The notes under the pieces were generated by a model. That model did no database searches, was not told where the DNA came from, and saw only the letters and a program-made list of their open reading frames with translations. From an archaeon (GTDB lineage: Archaea; Nanobdellota; Nanobdellia; Pacearchaeales; GW2011-AR1): a DNA stretch of 64,000 nt. Position 1 is the stretch's first letter. Every line of letters starts with the position of its first letter. The stretch lies in contig JBDRCQ010000003.1 of assembly GCA_043821585.1 (NCBI GenBank), forward strand, positions 9,861 through 73,860. The letters run 5' to 3'. Shown in pieces: positions 26,070-35,063 of the stretch. The position numbers and the translations under genes are program-made.

Positions 26070-27108
26070 AAAATTCTTTTATTTTAATGACAATAAAGTC
26101 TATATCTTGCTCATTCAGACTAGGATATGTTGGAATATAAATTCCATTGTATCCATATTTAGCAGCTTTTAAACTTCTCCAGGATTCATCATAATACATA
26201 GGTTGCCGACTCATTGGCTTGAAAAACTGTCTTGTTTCTATGCCTTGCTCTTCTAAGAATTCCTGCAATTTCTGTCTGTTATCAACCAAGACATCATAAA
26301 ACCAGACAACATCTCTCTTAGGCAACAAAGTCACGCCCCGAACATCTTTCAGTTTTTCATCATACCAAGATTCGATCTGTTTTCTTTTCTTAAGGAATGA
26401 ATCTATCCTTTCTGTTTGTGCCAATGCAATGGCTGCTTGCATATTGGTCATCCTAAAATTATAAGCAATTTTTTTATGTATAAAATCGTGCTGTGGCGTA
26501 AATGCCATTGCCCTAAGATGAACCATCTGCTCTGCCAGGTTTTTATCATTTGTAATACAGATCCCTCCTTCGCCAGAGGAAATTATTTTATTCCCAAACA
26601 AGGAGAAGCACGCAATATGCCCCCTTGGTCTTACGCCATGCGCTTCAGCCGAATCTTCAACAATCTTAAGATTATAATTATACGCAATGTCCAATATTGC
26701 GTCCATATCACATTGTCTTCCATAAATATGGACTGGAATTATTGCCTTGGTTTTTTCAGTTATCTTCCCCTCAATTAAACTAACATCAATATTCAGATCA
26801 TCTTTGCAGTCTACAAAAACAGGTTTTGCCCCAGTGTATGAAACTGCCCACGCGCTTGCAATCATTGTAAACTCCGGCACAATCACTTCATCTCCTGGAC
26901 CAATACCCAACGCCCTAAGGGCAAGAGTCAACGCAGCAGTTCCAGAAGAACAAGCGACGCCATGTTTTATGCCATTCCATGACGCAAATGCATCTTCAAA
27001 TTTTTTAACAAATGGTCCTTGAGATGAGATCCAACCTGTTTTGATAGCTTCAGTTACATAATCCAGCTCATTGCCGTCCAAATCAGGTTTTGAAACAGAA
27101 TATCTCAT
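26032..27108 (-). CDS. per: DegT/DnrJ/EryC1 PLP-dependent sugar aminotransferase, GDP-perosamine synthase-like
   Basis: 358 aa. KPDLDGNELDYVTEAIKTGWISSQGPFVKKFE resembles the Per/RfbE N-terminus. A PLP-lysine motif (SLFGNKIISSGEGG) is present, and the gene lies directly upstream of gmd. Confidence 0.75.
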   Translation of the reverse strand: MRYSVSKPDLDGNELDYVTEAIKTGWISSQGPFVKKFEDAFASWNGIKHGVACSSGTAALTLALRALGIGPGDEVIVPEFTMIASAWAVSYTGAKPVFVDCKDDLNIDVSLIEGKITEKTKAIIPVHIYGRQCDMDAILDIAYNYNLKIVEDSAEAHGVRPRGHIACFSLFGNKIISSGEGGICITNDKNLAEQMVHLRAMAFTPQHDFIHKKIAYNFRMTNMQAAIALAQTERIDSFLKKRKQIESWYDEKLKDVRGVTLLPKRDVVWFYDVLVDNRQKLQEFLEEQGIETRQFFKPMSRQPMYYDESWRSLKAAKYGYNGIYIPTYPSLNEQDIDFIVIKIKEFYGGESESSRSFS

Positions 27109-29360
27109 CTTTTGATCTCAGAATCAACTTCTTTTAAATCGTGCTTAACCATTAGCCCCACAAGATCCCTAAATCTGACCCCCGGACTAAAACCAAATGC
27201 CTGTCTAGCCTTGCTGGTATCTCCAATTAGCGGATCTGTTTTGCTGGGCCTGAAGAATCTTGGATCAACCCCAACGCACTCCCTTCCAGTATTTTTATCA
27301 TAGCCTACCTGCTCAAGACCATCACCCTTCCATAAAATTTCAACCCCTATGTGTTTAAATGCTTCCTCAACAAACTCCCTGACTGTATGCTGCTCGCCTG
27401 TGCAAATAATAAAATCATCAGGCTTTGTCAGTTGCAGAATGTTCCATGAAGCCTTCACATAATCTTCAGAATAACCAAAGTCTATTCCCAAGTCTATAAA
27501 ACCAAGATACAATTTATCTTGCAATCCTTTTGATATCCGCGCGACAGCCCTTGTTATCTTTCTTGTTACATATTCCTCATTCCGCCTGGGAGATTCGTGA
27601 TTGTAAAAAATGGCCGTTGAAGCAAATAATCCAAAGACATCCCGATAGTATCTCATTAAATGAAAAGCATACGCCTTTGCACAGGCATAAGGGCTTTGTG
27701 GCCTTAACCCAGTCTCTTCGGTCTGAATCCCATCTAGAGTTTTACCGAAGATATTTGAAGAAACAGGTTGAAAAAACTTTATCTTGGGATTAACTTGTTT
27801 TATAATTTCCAGAATCCTTCCAACAGCCGCACCGGTAATATCTGAAGAGTAGTCTACAGAATCGTAACTCCACCTAACATGGTCTTGGTCGGCAAAATTG
27901 TAAAGCTCGTCAGGATTCACAGATGAAATTGTCCTATACAATGAAGTTGAATCAGCTAAGTCCCCTTGGTGAATATTTATTTTATCAATTAAATGTTTTA
28001 TGTTTTTCGTATTGCCAGTAGAAGATCTTCTTATGAATCCATGAACTTCATAACCTTTCTCCAGCAAGAGCTCTGCCATGTAGCTTCCATCCTGCCCGGT
28101 AACGCCCAAGATAAGTGCCTTTTTCTTTCTCCCGCCAGTATCTGAATCTCCCGAAAGGGTTTGTTCTCCCCAGCCATAAATCTCAACTTTTGGTGTACAA
28201 AAAATGAACTTACCCCCTTCTTTCAGCCAGGATTGCTCTCTTTTTATGAAGCTATCCTTGAACGCATATGGCAACACTAAAAAATAATCTGCTTTTTTCT
28301 TCGCCTCTTCTTCTTCGAGGATGGGGATATGCGTCCCCACAGTCATCTTACCAATTTTTTCGGGATGGATCTCTGCAATGCCATTTATAGAATCTTTGCC
28401 CAGCCCGTAATATTGAAGGATTGTATTCCCCTTTGTCGAAGCGCCATAAGCATAGACACTCTTGCCTTCCTTTAGAATACTATTTATTAAATCAACACAT
28501 TCCTTTTTATTCTGATCCATTCTCTTAGCAAGTTCAAGATAGGATTCTTTCGTTATATCTTCTGGATAATCAACACTCCCATTTTTGTAATGCCTAGCAA
28601 ACACCCTATAACTTCCACCATTTATTGAATTCTCCTCAACCTTAAAGATCTCCAATCCATTTTTCTCGAACAAATACTTCAACGAGCTATATGAGTAATA
28701 CTCTAAATGTTCATGGCAAATATTTCCAATGTCATTTTTTTCAAGCATTGGCTTTGATGTCATAAGTTGAGCAACAAAAACACCATCTTCTGCGAGGGCC
28801 TTTGCAGAGTCTCTAATAAACTGTCCCGGATCATCCATGTCATAAAACATTCCAATCGCAGTAATTATCTTGGCCTTTCTGTCTGAAAACATATAACCAT
28901 ATCGGTTATAGTCCCAAAAGTCATCAATAACAATATTGCAATGTTTTTTCAGTTCCGGAACAAGATTCAGCGCAGGTTCGCAACCAATCCTCCTCAGATG
29001 GTCGGGGTAGAATTTTAATAGGGTGCCATCATTGGCCCCAATATCCAAAACAATGTCATCTCTCTTCAAGGGAACCATTTTTTGTGCAGCCTCCGTTATC
29101 TCCTTCAGATCATCTATGATTACCTTGTTTAAGTTGGACCTATACCAATAATGTCTTGAGTACATAAGCTCCTGAGGGGCCGTGTGCTTCAGTTGAACAA
29201 GGCTACAATTATTACACCACACTAGATGTAGGGGGGCCTTTCCTATGTTTTCGCCCTCTTTTTCCACAAATGTCGAGAGATACAAATCTCCTAAGCCAAA
29301 CAAACCCACTAAATCAGTAGAACCACATACCCTGCATTTAGTAATCTCCCTAGTCAGCAT
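27105..29360 (-). CDS. Fusion protein: sugar C-methyltransferase (Zn-ribbon + class I MT + C-MT C-terminal domain) + Gmd-like extended SDR domain
   Basis: 751 aa. Residues 1 to about 405 carry CRVCGS ... CNNCSLVQL (zinc ribbon), DIGANDG (motif I), and a TylC3-type C-terminal region. After a short linker (GDSDTGGRKKK) comes a Gmd-like domain with ILGVTGQDGSYMAELL, SPYACAKAY and NHESPRRN. In that domain the Gmd T-S-E reads S-S-N. Confidence 0.8.
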   Translation of the reverse strand: MLTREITKCRVCGSTDLVGLFGLGDLYLSTFVEKEGENIGKAPLHLVWCNNCSLVQLKHTAPQELMYSRHYWYRSNLNKVIIDDLKEITEAAQKMVPLKRDDIVLDIGANDGTLLKFYPDHLRRIGCEPALNLVPELKKHCNIVIDDFWDYNRYGYMFSDRKAKIITAIGMFYDMDDPGQFIRDSAKALAEDGVFVAQLMTSKPMLEKNDIGNICHEHLEYYSYSSLKYLFEKNGLEIFKVEENSINGGSYRVFARHYKNGSVDYPEDITKESYLELAKRMDQNKKECVDLINSILKEGKSVYAYGASTKGNTILQYYGLGKDSINGIAEIHPEKIGKMTVGTHIPILEEEEAKKKADYFLVLPYAFKDSFIKREQSWLKEGGKFIFCTPKVEIYGWGEQTLSGDSDTGGRKKKALILGVTGQDGSYMAELLLEKGYEVHGFIRRSSTGNTKNIKHLIDKINIHQGDLADSTSLYRTISSVNPDELYNFADQDHVRWSYDSVDYSSDITGAAVGRILEIIKQVNPKIKFFQPVSSNIFGKTLDGIQTEETGLRPQSPYACAKAYAFHLMRYYRDVFGLFASTAIFYNHESPRRNEEYVTRKITRAVARISKGLQDKLYLGFIDLGIDFGYSEDYVKASWNILQLTKPDDFIICTGEQHTVREFVEEAFKHIGVEILWKGDGLEQVGYDKNTGRECVGVDPRFFRPSKTDPLIGDTSKARQAFGFSPGVRFRDLVGLMVKHDLKEVDSEIKR

Positions 29361-29452
29361 AGGGCTTAGATTAATGAGGTTTATTTAAAGATTTATGTAG
29401 TCCAATTTGACCAAACAGATAATTTTATAAAAACCTAAAATTTCCTAACAAA

Positions 29453-29977
29453 ATGAACGAACTCTTCGAATGTAATCTAGAGGAAGAAAAAGGTACGGAC
29501 CTTTCAAAACTAGAATCGGGGAATCTCCCTCTTGAAGATTACGTGGCGGCCCATAAAAACATGATTGTTCCCTGTCACGACATATTTATTCAATATAATG
29601 GGGGAATACTTCTGGTAAGGAGAGATAACCAACCGATGAGGGATACAATCTGGCCTATCGGAGGCAGGATACAAAGAGGAGTAAAAACAGAGGACTCTCT
29701 AAGGCTAAAGGTAAAACAAGAGACAAGGCTCGATATAACAGACATAACCTTCCTGGGTTCTGCAAGAATTTTCATGCACACCGAACCCTTCGGTCACGGA
29801 AAAGGGACAGATAACACTGCCTTTGTTTTTTTTGCAGTTGGTAACGGAAATTTAAAGTTGGACAATCTTCACAAGGACCCGATGATAGTAATGCCTTCTG
29901 AATATCCAAGATTAAGGCCAGAGCTACACCCTTACGTGAAAAAATTTATGGATGGAGCAATAAAGTTGGTGAAATAA
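29453..29977 (+). CDS. NUDIX-fold-like protein with degenerate Nudix box
   Basis: 174 aa. GGRIQRGVKTEDSLRLKVKQETRL loosely fits G-x5-E-x7-REUxEExGU. It is divergently transcribed from the C-MT fusion gene. Confidence 0.45.
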   Translation: MNELFECNLEEEKGTDLSKLESGNLPLEDYVAAHKNMIVPCHDIFIQYNGGILLVRRDNQPMRDTIWPIGGRIQRGVKTEDSLRLKVKQETRLDITDITFLGSARIFMHTEPFGHGKGTDNTAFVFFAVGNGNLKLDNLHKDPMIVMPSEYPRLRPELHPYVKKFMDGAIKLVK

Positions 29978-29990
29978 TCAAATAGTCCGA

Positions 29991-31142
29991 CTATTGTTTA
30001 TAGTTTGTCAATGTTCTTTTTATTTCTTTAACAAAATCTGTTTTGACATCTTCATAAAGAAACTTTCTTGCAGAATCTTTAATTTTTCTCTTATTTTTTT
30101 GCTTAAGGTTTAGGTCAATACATTTGTCCATCTTGGCCCCAAAGTCTTTCAGATCATACGGTTTAGCGTAGAATCCATTCACGCCGTCCGTTATCTGTTC
30201 TGCAGGTCCAGCATTATCTCCCCAAACAACAGAGGGGGTACCGCAAGCAAGAGCCTCTATGGCAATCATGCCATACTCACAGACAGGCACTGGAAACGCG
30301 GTTAACTGAGCAGATGAATAGTACTTTATTAAATCGTCTGTGCTTAACTTGCCCAAAAATTTTAACTTCACTCCTTTTTTTGACGCAAGATCTTTCAATT
30401 CGTTAATATATGCATCATTGCCCTGACCGGATAAATAAAGGGGCACTTTGTTTTTCATGTAAGAGCAAGATTCTATCAACCAGTCAAACTTTTTATCTGG
30501 AATTATCCTGCCGGAATACAATATAAACGTCTCATCTATTTTTTCCTTTGATTCCTTAAAGACTTCATCGACTGGAGGGTAAGATATCACCGCATTTATT
30601 TTGTAGGGGGGCTCAATCACTTTCTTCAGGTAATCGCAGCTGGTAAATATGAGATCATTATTTCTCACAAGGGCTTTATCTAGGGCCCTAAGCCTTTTTC
30701 CAAACAAAATGGATAAGAGAAAAGCCACCATCCTCTTGATTCCATGGGTGGATTTTGCCCAGAGATACCTGCCTTTCACGTCTGCATTAAGCCAACGTGG
30801 GAAGTGGTTTAAGAAATTTATTTTCTTGGTCTTAACATTTCTTATTAGATAGTTAGAAGGAAAACTATAGCTGATGAACAAATCACTCTTGTCCCCATCC
30901 ACTTTATTAAATCCAAGAAAACAAAGGGCCATGCTTAGGGATTCTAGTGGCGTTTTAAATGATGAGATGTTTTTAACCTTCACTTTATCAAGGCCAGTAT
31001 TCTTCAGAGTTTCATCGTTGTAATGGCAGGTCAATATTTCGACATCAAAACCTGCTTCCTGAAGCATCCTTGCATTATTTGCCATAAGTCTTTCTATCCC
31101 GCCGGTTTCTGTTAAAAACTCGTAGACAAGGGAGATTTTCAT
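29991..31142 (-). CDS. Glycosyltransferase family 4 (GT-B, group 1)
   Basis: 383 aa with C-terminal CEYGMIAIEALACGTPSVV (E-x7-E region) and a GVNGFY motif. Confidence 0.8.
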   Translation of the reverse strand: MKISLVYEFLTETGGIERLMANNARMLQEAGFDVEILTCHYNDETLKNTGLDKVKVKNISSFKTPLESLSMALCFLGFNKVDGDKSDLFISYSFPSNYLIRNVKTKKINFLNHFPRWLNADVKGRYLWAKSTHGIKRMVAFLLSILFGKRLRALDKALVRNNDLIFTSCDYLKKVIEPPYKINAVISYPPVDEVFKESKEKIDETFILYSGRIIPDKKFDWLIESCSYMKNKVPLYLSGQGNDAYINELKDLASKKGVKLKFLGKLSTDDLIKYYSSAQLTAFPVPVCEYGMIAIEALACGTPSVVWGDNAGPAEQITDGVNGFYAKPYDLKDFGAKMDKCIDLNLKQKNKRKIKDSARKFLYEDVKTDFVKEIKRTLTNYKQ

Positions 31143-31238
31143 GATTTTTTTAGAAGTCTATCCTTTTTAAGAATTGTTGAGTTCATAAATCAGCTTCAGC
31201 CGGAGCGTTGTTGTGCATAGGTATTTCCTAATAAAAAA

Positions 31239-32045
31239 TTATTGTCTCTTTTCAATAATCCCCACCAGCAACCCATTTGCATACATATAGGGTGAACCAA
31301 ATTTGATTCCTTTTGCTTCTTCGCGAGAAATTTCTTCCCAAAAATTATTTGCGCTCATTCTTTTCAAGTAATGTTCTTTTGTAAAATTTATCTTGCCTTC
31401 CTCAATCAATTCCATCAATCTCGGGTGATAATCTAACGGAACGGTGACAACAGCCCTCCCGCCCCCTCTCAACAACTTCTTTAATTTATTCACAGCAAAA
31501 ACTATCTTATCAAAATCTTTCGGAGACTCGTCAATTCCAACATGTTCCAATGTAGAGATGCTCACAATTAGATCATACTTTTTTTTCGGGTTAAAGTTGA
31601 TGATATCCTCATTAATGACTCCCTTGATCTTCTCGTATTTATCCACCCTCTGAAAGCTTTTAGGGAAATCAGAAAAATAATAAGATAGCACATTTCCAAC
31701 CTCCAATACTTCCTTATTCCAATTCTCCTTCACTTCCGACCAAACAATCGGAATTTCGATACTCCTTTCATTCATCCAAGTTGTATTAAAAAAGTGATCG
31801 AAATATTTCATCTTTTTTTTACCAAAATTGAAGGTCTTTGGTCGAGAAATTGCACGGAATGGATAAATCAATGTAAACGCCATCCATGAAAAACCTCGTT
31901 TTGCGACGACCGCCCACCCCTCCTCTCCACCGACCTCTTTCACACGAGAAATAAAGTTTTTTAGTACAGGCATTTCCAAAAAACAAGAACGTTGTTTAAA
32001 TATCTTTCTGGGCTGGCTAAACACTGCCACTTTCAATTCCAACAA
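31239..32045 (-). CDS. Putative methyltransferase-fold protein (degenerate motif I)
   Basis: 268 aa with VLEVGNV in place of motif I, DLIVSISTLEHVG, and GGGRAVVTVP. The assignment is weak. Confidence 0.4.
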   Translation of the reverse strand: MLELKVAVFSQPRKIFKQRSCFLEMPVLKNFISRVKEVGGEEGWAVVAKRGFSWMAFTLIYPFRAISRPKTFNFGKKKMKYFDHFFNTTWMNERSIEIPIVWSEVKENWNKEVLEVGNVLSYYFSDFPKSFQRVDKYEKIKGVINEDIINFNPKKKYDLIVSISTLEHVGIDESPKDFDKIVFAVNKLKKLLRGGGRAVVTVPLDYHPRLMELIEEGKINFTKEHYLKRMSANNFWEEISREEAKGIKFGSPYMYANGLLVGIIEKRQ

Positions 32046-32502
32046 TCACTTTAGAAAGATATCCTTTTAGCTTATTCAAATTCTCCTTGTCTATACTGGC
32101 AATCTTGTTATAATCCTTCAATAGTTCTGGGGTCAACTCTGCCATGTCATAAATCGCCTTTATCCCTGTTTTTTTAGAAAAAAACTCAGCAAATTCTGCT
32201 TGATGATCATTGAAATGTTCTTTGTATTTAGAAAGCCGAGGTGTTATGATCAATGGTTTCTTATATTTGTGAGCAAACTCCCAGACGCTTGAACCCCCGT
32301 GAGCAATAACGACCCGAGCCTCTTTATAAAATTCATTAATATTCGGGATAAATTCATGACTTTCATAATTCTTCGGGCGATACTTTGTTGGCCCCCTTTG
32401 CACGATTAATTTTTCATTTAATTTCGGGGCAATCTCATCTAATCTCCTCAAAAGTCTGTCAAAGTTCATACTGCGATGTGTTCCAATAGTCACAAAAATC
32501 AT
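32017..32502 (-). CDS. Alg13-like glycosyltransferase catalytic subunit (Glyco_tran_28_C)
   Basis: 161 aa with MIFVTIGTH ... FDRLL at the N-terminus and HGGSSVWE. It overlaps the Alg14-like gene by 4 nt. Confidence 0.7.
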   Translation of the reverse strand: MIFVTIGTHRSMNFDRLLRRLDEIAPKLNEKLIVQRGPTKYRPKNYESHEFIPNINEFYKEARVVIAHGGSSVWEFAHKYKKPLIITPRLSKYKEHFNDHQAEFAEFFSKKTGIKAIYDMAELTPELLKDYNKIASIDKENLNKLKGYLSKVIVGIESGSV

Positions 32503-32948
32503 ACTATCCCTCCGACATATCTCGCCCTTTTCCCATAATGCTTCTCCATTCCAGGAATTTGCACAAGGAAAATATCAGAAAATGGATATGATAGTTTTCC
32601 AGCCCAGGTCGGAGTTTTTACTCTGATTATCGTGTCAATGAATATTGTTTTTATCCCCAACAGCTTCCCGGCAATCATCCCGACTAGCCCAATATCTGCA
32701 CCAGTAGTTATAACCACAGAGGGTTTTTCCCTTTTGAATATAAGAAGACATTTCAGTATAGCATACGGATAATTAAATGGATTATACCCCACCTCCTTAA
32801 AAAAATATTTCTTTCCAGGCAGTTTTTCAGTTTTAGGATTTCTTTCGGTGAAGTAAATTGCCTCGTTATTTCCAATTACTTCTTCAGAAAAAATTGTCCT
32901 AGCCTGGGTCAAATGGCCTCCCTCAGAAGCAACCAAAGCAATTTTCAT
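32499..32948 (-). CDS. Alg14-like glycosyltransferase accessory subunit
   Basis: 149 aa with KIALVASEGGHLTQ (Alg14 GGH motif) and VITTGADIG. Confidence 0.7.
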   Translation of the reverse strand: MKIALVASEGGHLTQARTIFSEEVIGNNEAIYFTERNPKTEKLPGKKYFFKEVGYNPFNYPYAILKCLLIFKREKPSVVITTGADIGLVGMIAGKLLGIKTIFIDTIIRVKTPTWAGKLSYPFSDIFLVQIPGMEKHYGKRARYVGGIV

Positions 32949-32953
32949 TTAAT

Positions 32954-33736
32954 TCAAAAGCCCCCCATCTTTTTAAGTCTATGATAGTAACTCACAATCG
33001 GCCTGAGCCAGGAATTTATGAGCCTCAACCTAACAACTCCAAGGGCCATTCCTGGCCCTGCTTTCCAAAAATTAATCGTAGCGTACTCTTTGTCTTCCCA
33101 AAAGGTGGGTAGTTCTTTAATTCTAAAACTTTTCTTTCTCGCCGTGTATAAAAGGTCTACATCAAATGCCCATTGAGACATCGTCAATTTGGGGAGTATT
33201 TCTTCAAGGGCCCTCTTTCTAAAAATTTTAGCACCGCATTGGGTATCTCTAAAGGGCATGAGCAAAAGAGATCTAACAAGAACATTGAAGACCCACTTAG
33301 CCAAAAGCCTTTGCACTTTCGGTTTTGGTTTAATTACAGACCCCTTCATATACCTACTTGCAATAGTCACATCATACGCCTTGTTCTCCCCCATGAATCT
33401 TATAAGTTTCCAATATTCTTCGGGAAGTGTGGCCATATCAGCATCAACAAAACCGATTAAATCATTGTTTCTCTTCAGGGCATCTTTGAATCCCTCAATT
33501 GTTGCGAAGCCCTTCCCACTAGGTGTCAAGTTCAGGAAGAGGATTCTACTATTATTTTGTGAACAAGTCTTAACAATCTCCTCTGTTTTGTCAGTAGTTC
33601 CATTTATAACAACCAATATTTCGTAATCTAATTTACCCCTTTTTCTTAATCCCTCAAAATAGCTCGAATATCCTTCAAGGGTCTTTCTTATCCGCCTTTC
33701 TTCGTTATACGCGGGCATGATCATAGAAACCTTCAT
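32954..33736 (-). CDS. Polyprenyl/dolichyl-phosphate hexose synthase (GT2; Alg5/Dpm1/GtrB-like)
   Basis: 260 aa with MIMPAYNEE, VDADMA (DxD), and RDTQCGAKIF (compare DTQCGFK in Dol-P-Glc synthases). Confidence 0.75.
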   Translation of the reverse strand: MKVSMIMPAYNEERRIRKTLEGYSSYFEGLRKRGKLDYEILVVINGTTDKTEEIVKTCSQNNSRILFLNLTPSGKGFATIEGFKDALKRNNDLIGFVDADMATLPEEYWKLIRFMGENKAYDVTIASRYMKGSVIKPKPKVQRLLAKWVFNVLVRSLLLMPFRDTQCGAKIFRKRALEEILPKLTMSQWAFDVDLLYTARKKSFRIKELPTFWEDKEYATINFWKAGPGMALGVVRLRLINSWLRPIVSYYHRLKKMGGF

Positions 33737-33886
33737 TTCCTTAGGGAGATTTAAAGGTATAAAAATTTAATTGGCCTGCGTTCTTTATAAAATATGATTT
33801 GCCTTAGTTTAGTCTTGTGTTAAGAACGGTCTCAATAACGCTCGATCAATCGAAACTTATTTAAACCTCTCGCCCAACAAACTGCA

Positions 33887-34888
33887 ATGGACCTAAGAGT
33901 GATAAAAAATTTCATTATTTCTCATAAACTCCTTTACGAATCAATGCTTAATTTAATCAATATGAGGGGCATTGGAAACATTTATGACTATTTTTATTTG
34001 AACATGATCCGGAAAAAGATTGACTCGCAACCTCTTTCTCTTACAATAGAGCCAAACAATCTCTGTAATTTGAAATGCGTTATGTGCCCATATCAACACA
34101 TGAAAAGAAAAAAAGAGAGCATGCCTTTCGATTTGTACAAGAAAATAATAGATCAAGCAGCCGATTTAGGATGCAAAGATGTTAACTTTACGCAATATAA
34201 TGAACCCTTAACAGACAGATTGCTATTTGAAAGAATAAAATACGCCAAAGGTAAAGGGATGGAGACTAGATTTTATTCCAATGGGACATTATTGCTCTCT
34301 AATGATAATATCAACAAACTCTTGTTAAACCCGCCAGATAAAATCAGATTTAGTTTTGATGCTTTAACTAAGGAAGTTTATGAAAAAATAAGGAGGGGTG
34401 CTAATTATGAAAGGGTTGTAAAGGGAATAATCCAGTTATATAAAGAGAGAGAAAAGAAGGGTTTAAAGTTGCCCCACATCGAGGTTTATTTCACAGTACT
34501 GAAAATAAACAAGCATGAGGTCAAGGAATTCTTGAAATTTTGGAAAGGCAAATGTGACTTCGCAACAATTTATATGGCTGATTCCAGAAACGACGATGAA
34601 AAAAACAAGTTTAAATTATACGACCAGAAAAAAAGAAAATTTTACCCTTGTTTCAACCCAAAAAGCCCAATTATCTTCAGCAATGGAAAGATCGCACTGT
34701 GTTGCGTAGATGTAGACGGCTTTATGGATTTAGGGGATTTAAAATCTGAAAAATTAAAAGATATACTTAACTCTAAAAAATTCAAGGAGATTTATAAAGC
34801 GCATATGAACGGAGATCCCCATCTTTCGGTATGTAAAAATTGCTCAAAAGGGTATGTAGACATGGCATTCTCTTGGTGGAATCAGTAG
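33887..34888 (+). CDS. Radical SAM / SPASM-domain protein
   Basis: 333 aa with CNLKCVMC (C-x3-C-x2-C). The C-terminus has LCCVDVDGFMDLGDL ... SVCKNCSKGY. It is a paralog of 17712-18761. Confidence 0.8.
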   Translation: MDLRVIKNFIISHKLLYESMLNLINMRGIGNIYDYFYLNMIRKKIDSQPLSLTIEPNNLCNLKCVMCPYQHMKRKKESMPFDLYKKIIDQAADLGCKDVNFTQYNEPLTDRLLFERIKYAKGKGMETRFYSNGTLLLSNDNINKLLLNPPDKIRFSFDALTKEVYEKIRRGANYERVVKGIIQLYKEREKKGLKLPHIEVYFTVLKINKHEVKEFLKFWKGKCDFATIYMADSRNDDEKNKFKLYDQKKRKFYPCFNPKSPIIFSNGKIALCCVDVDGFMDLGDLKSEKLKDILNSKKFKEIYKAHMNGDPHLSVCKNCSKGYVDMAFSWWNQ

Positions 34889-35063
34889 GGGGGAATCCAA
34901 GCAAGACTGCACAAAACAAGAGCAAATTTTTTAGTACCTTTTCAATAATTCTCTTCATTTGCTCAGACACTTATCCCATTTCATTAGGATTGAATTTTTA
35001 GATAATATTCTTTTAAAGCGAGAGGATTAATTTTTGATAAGCCAAAAAATAGACAGTAGCCAC

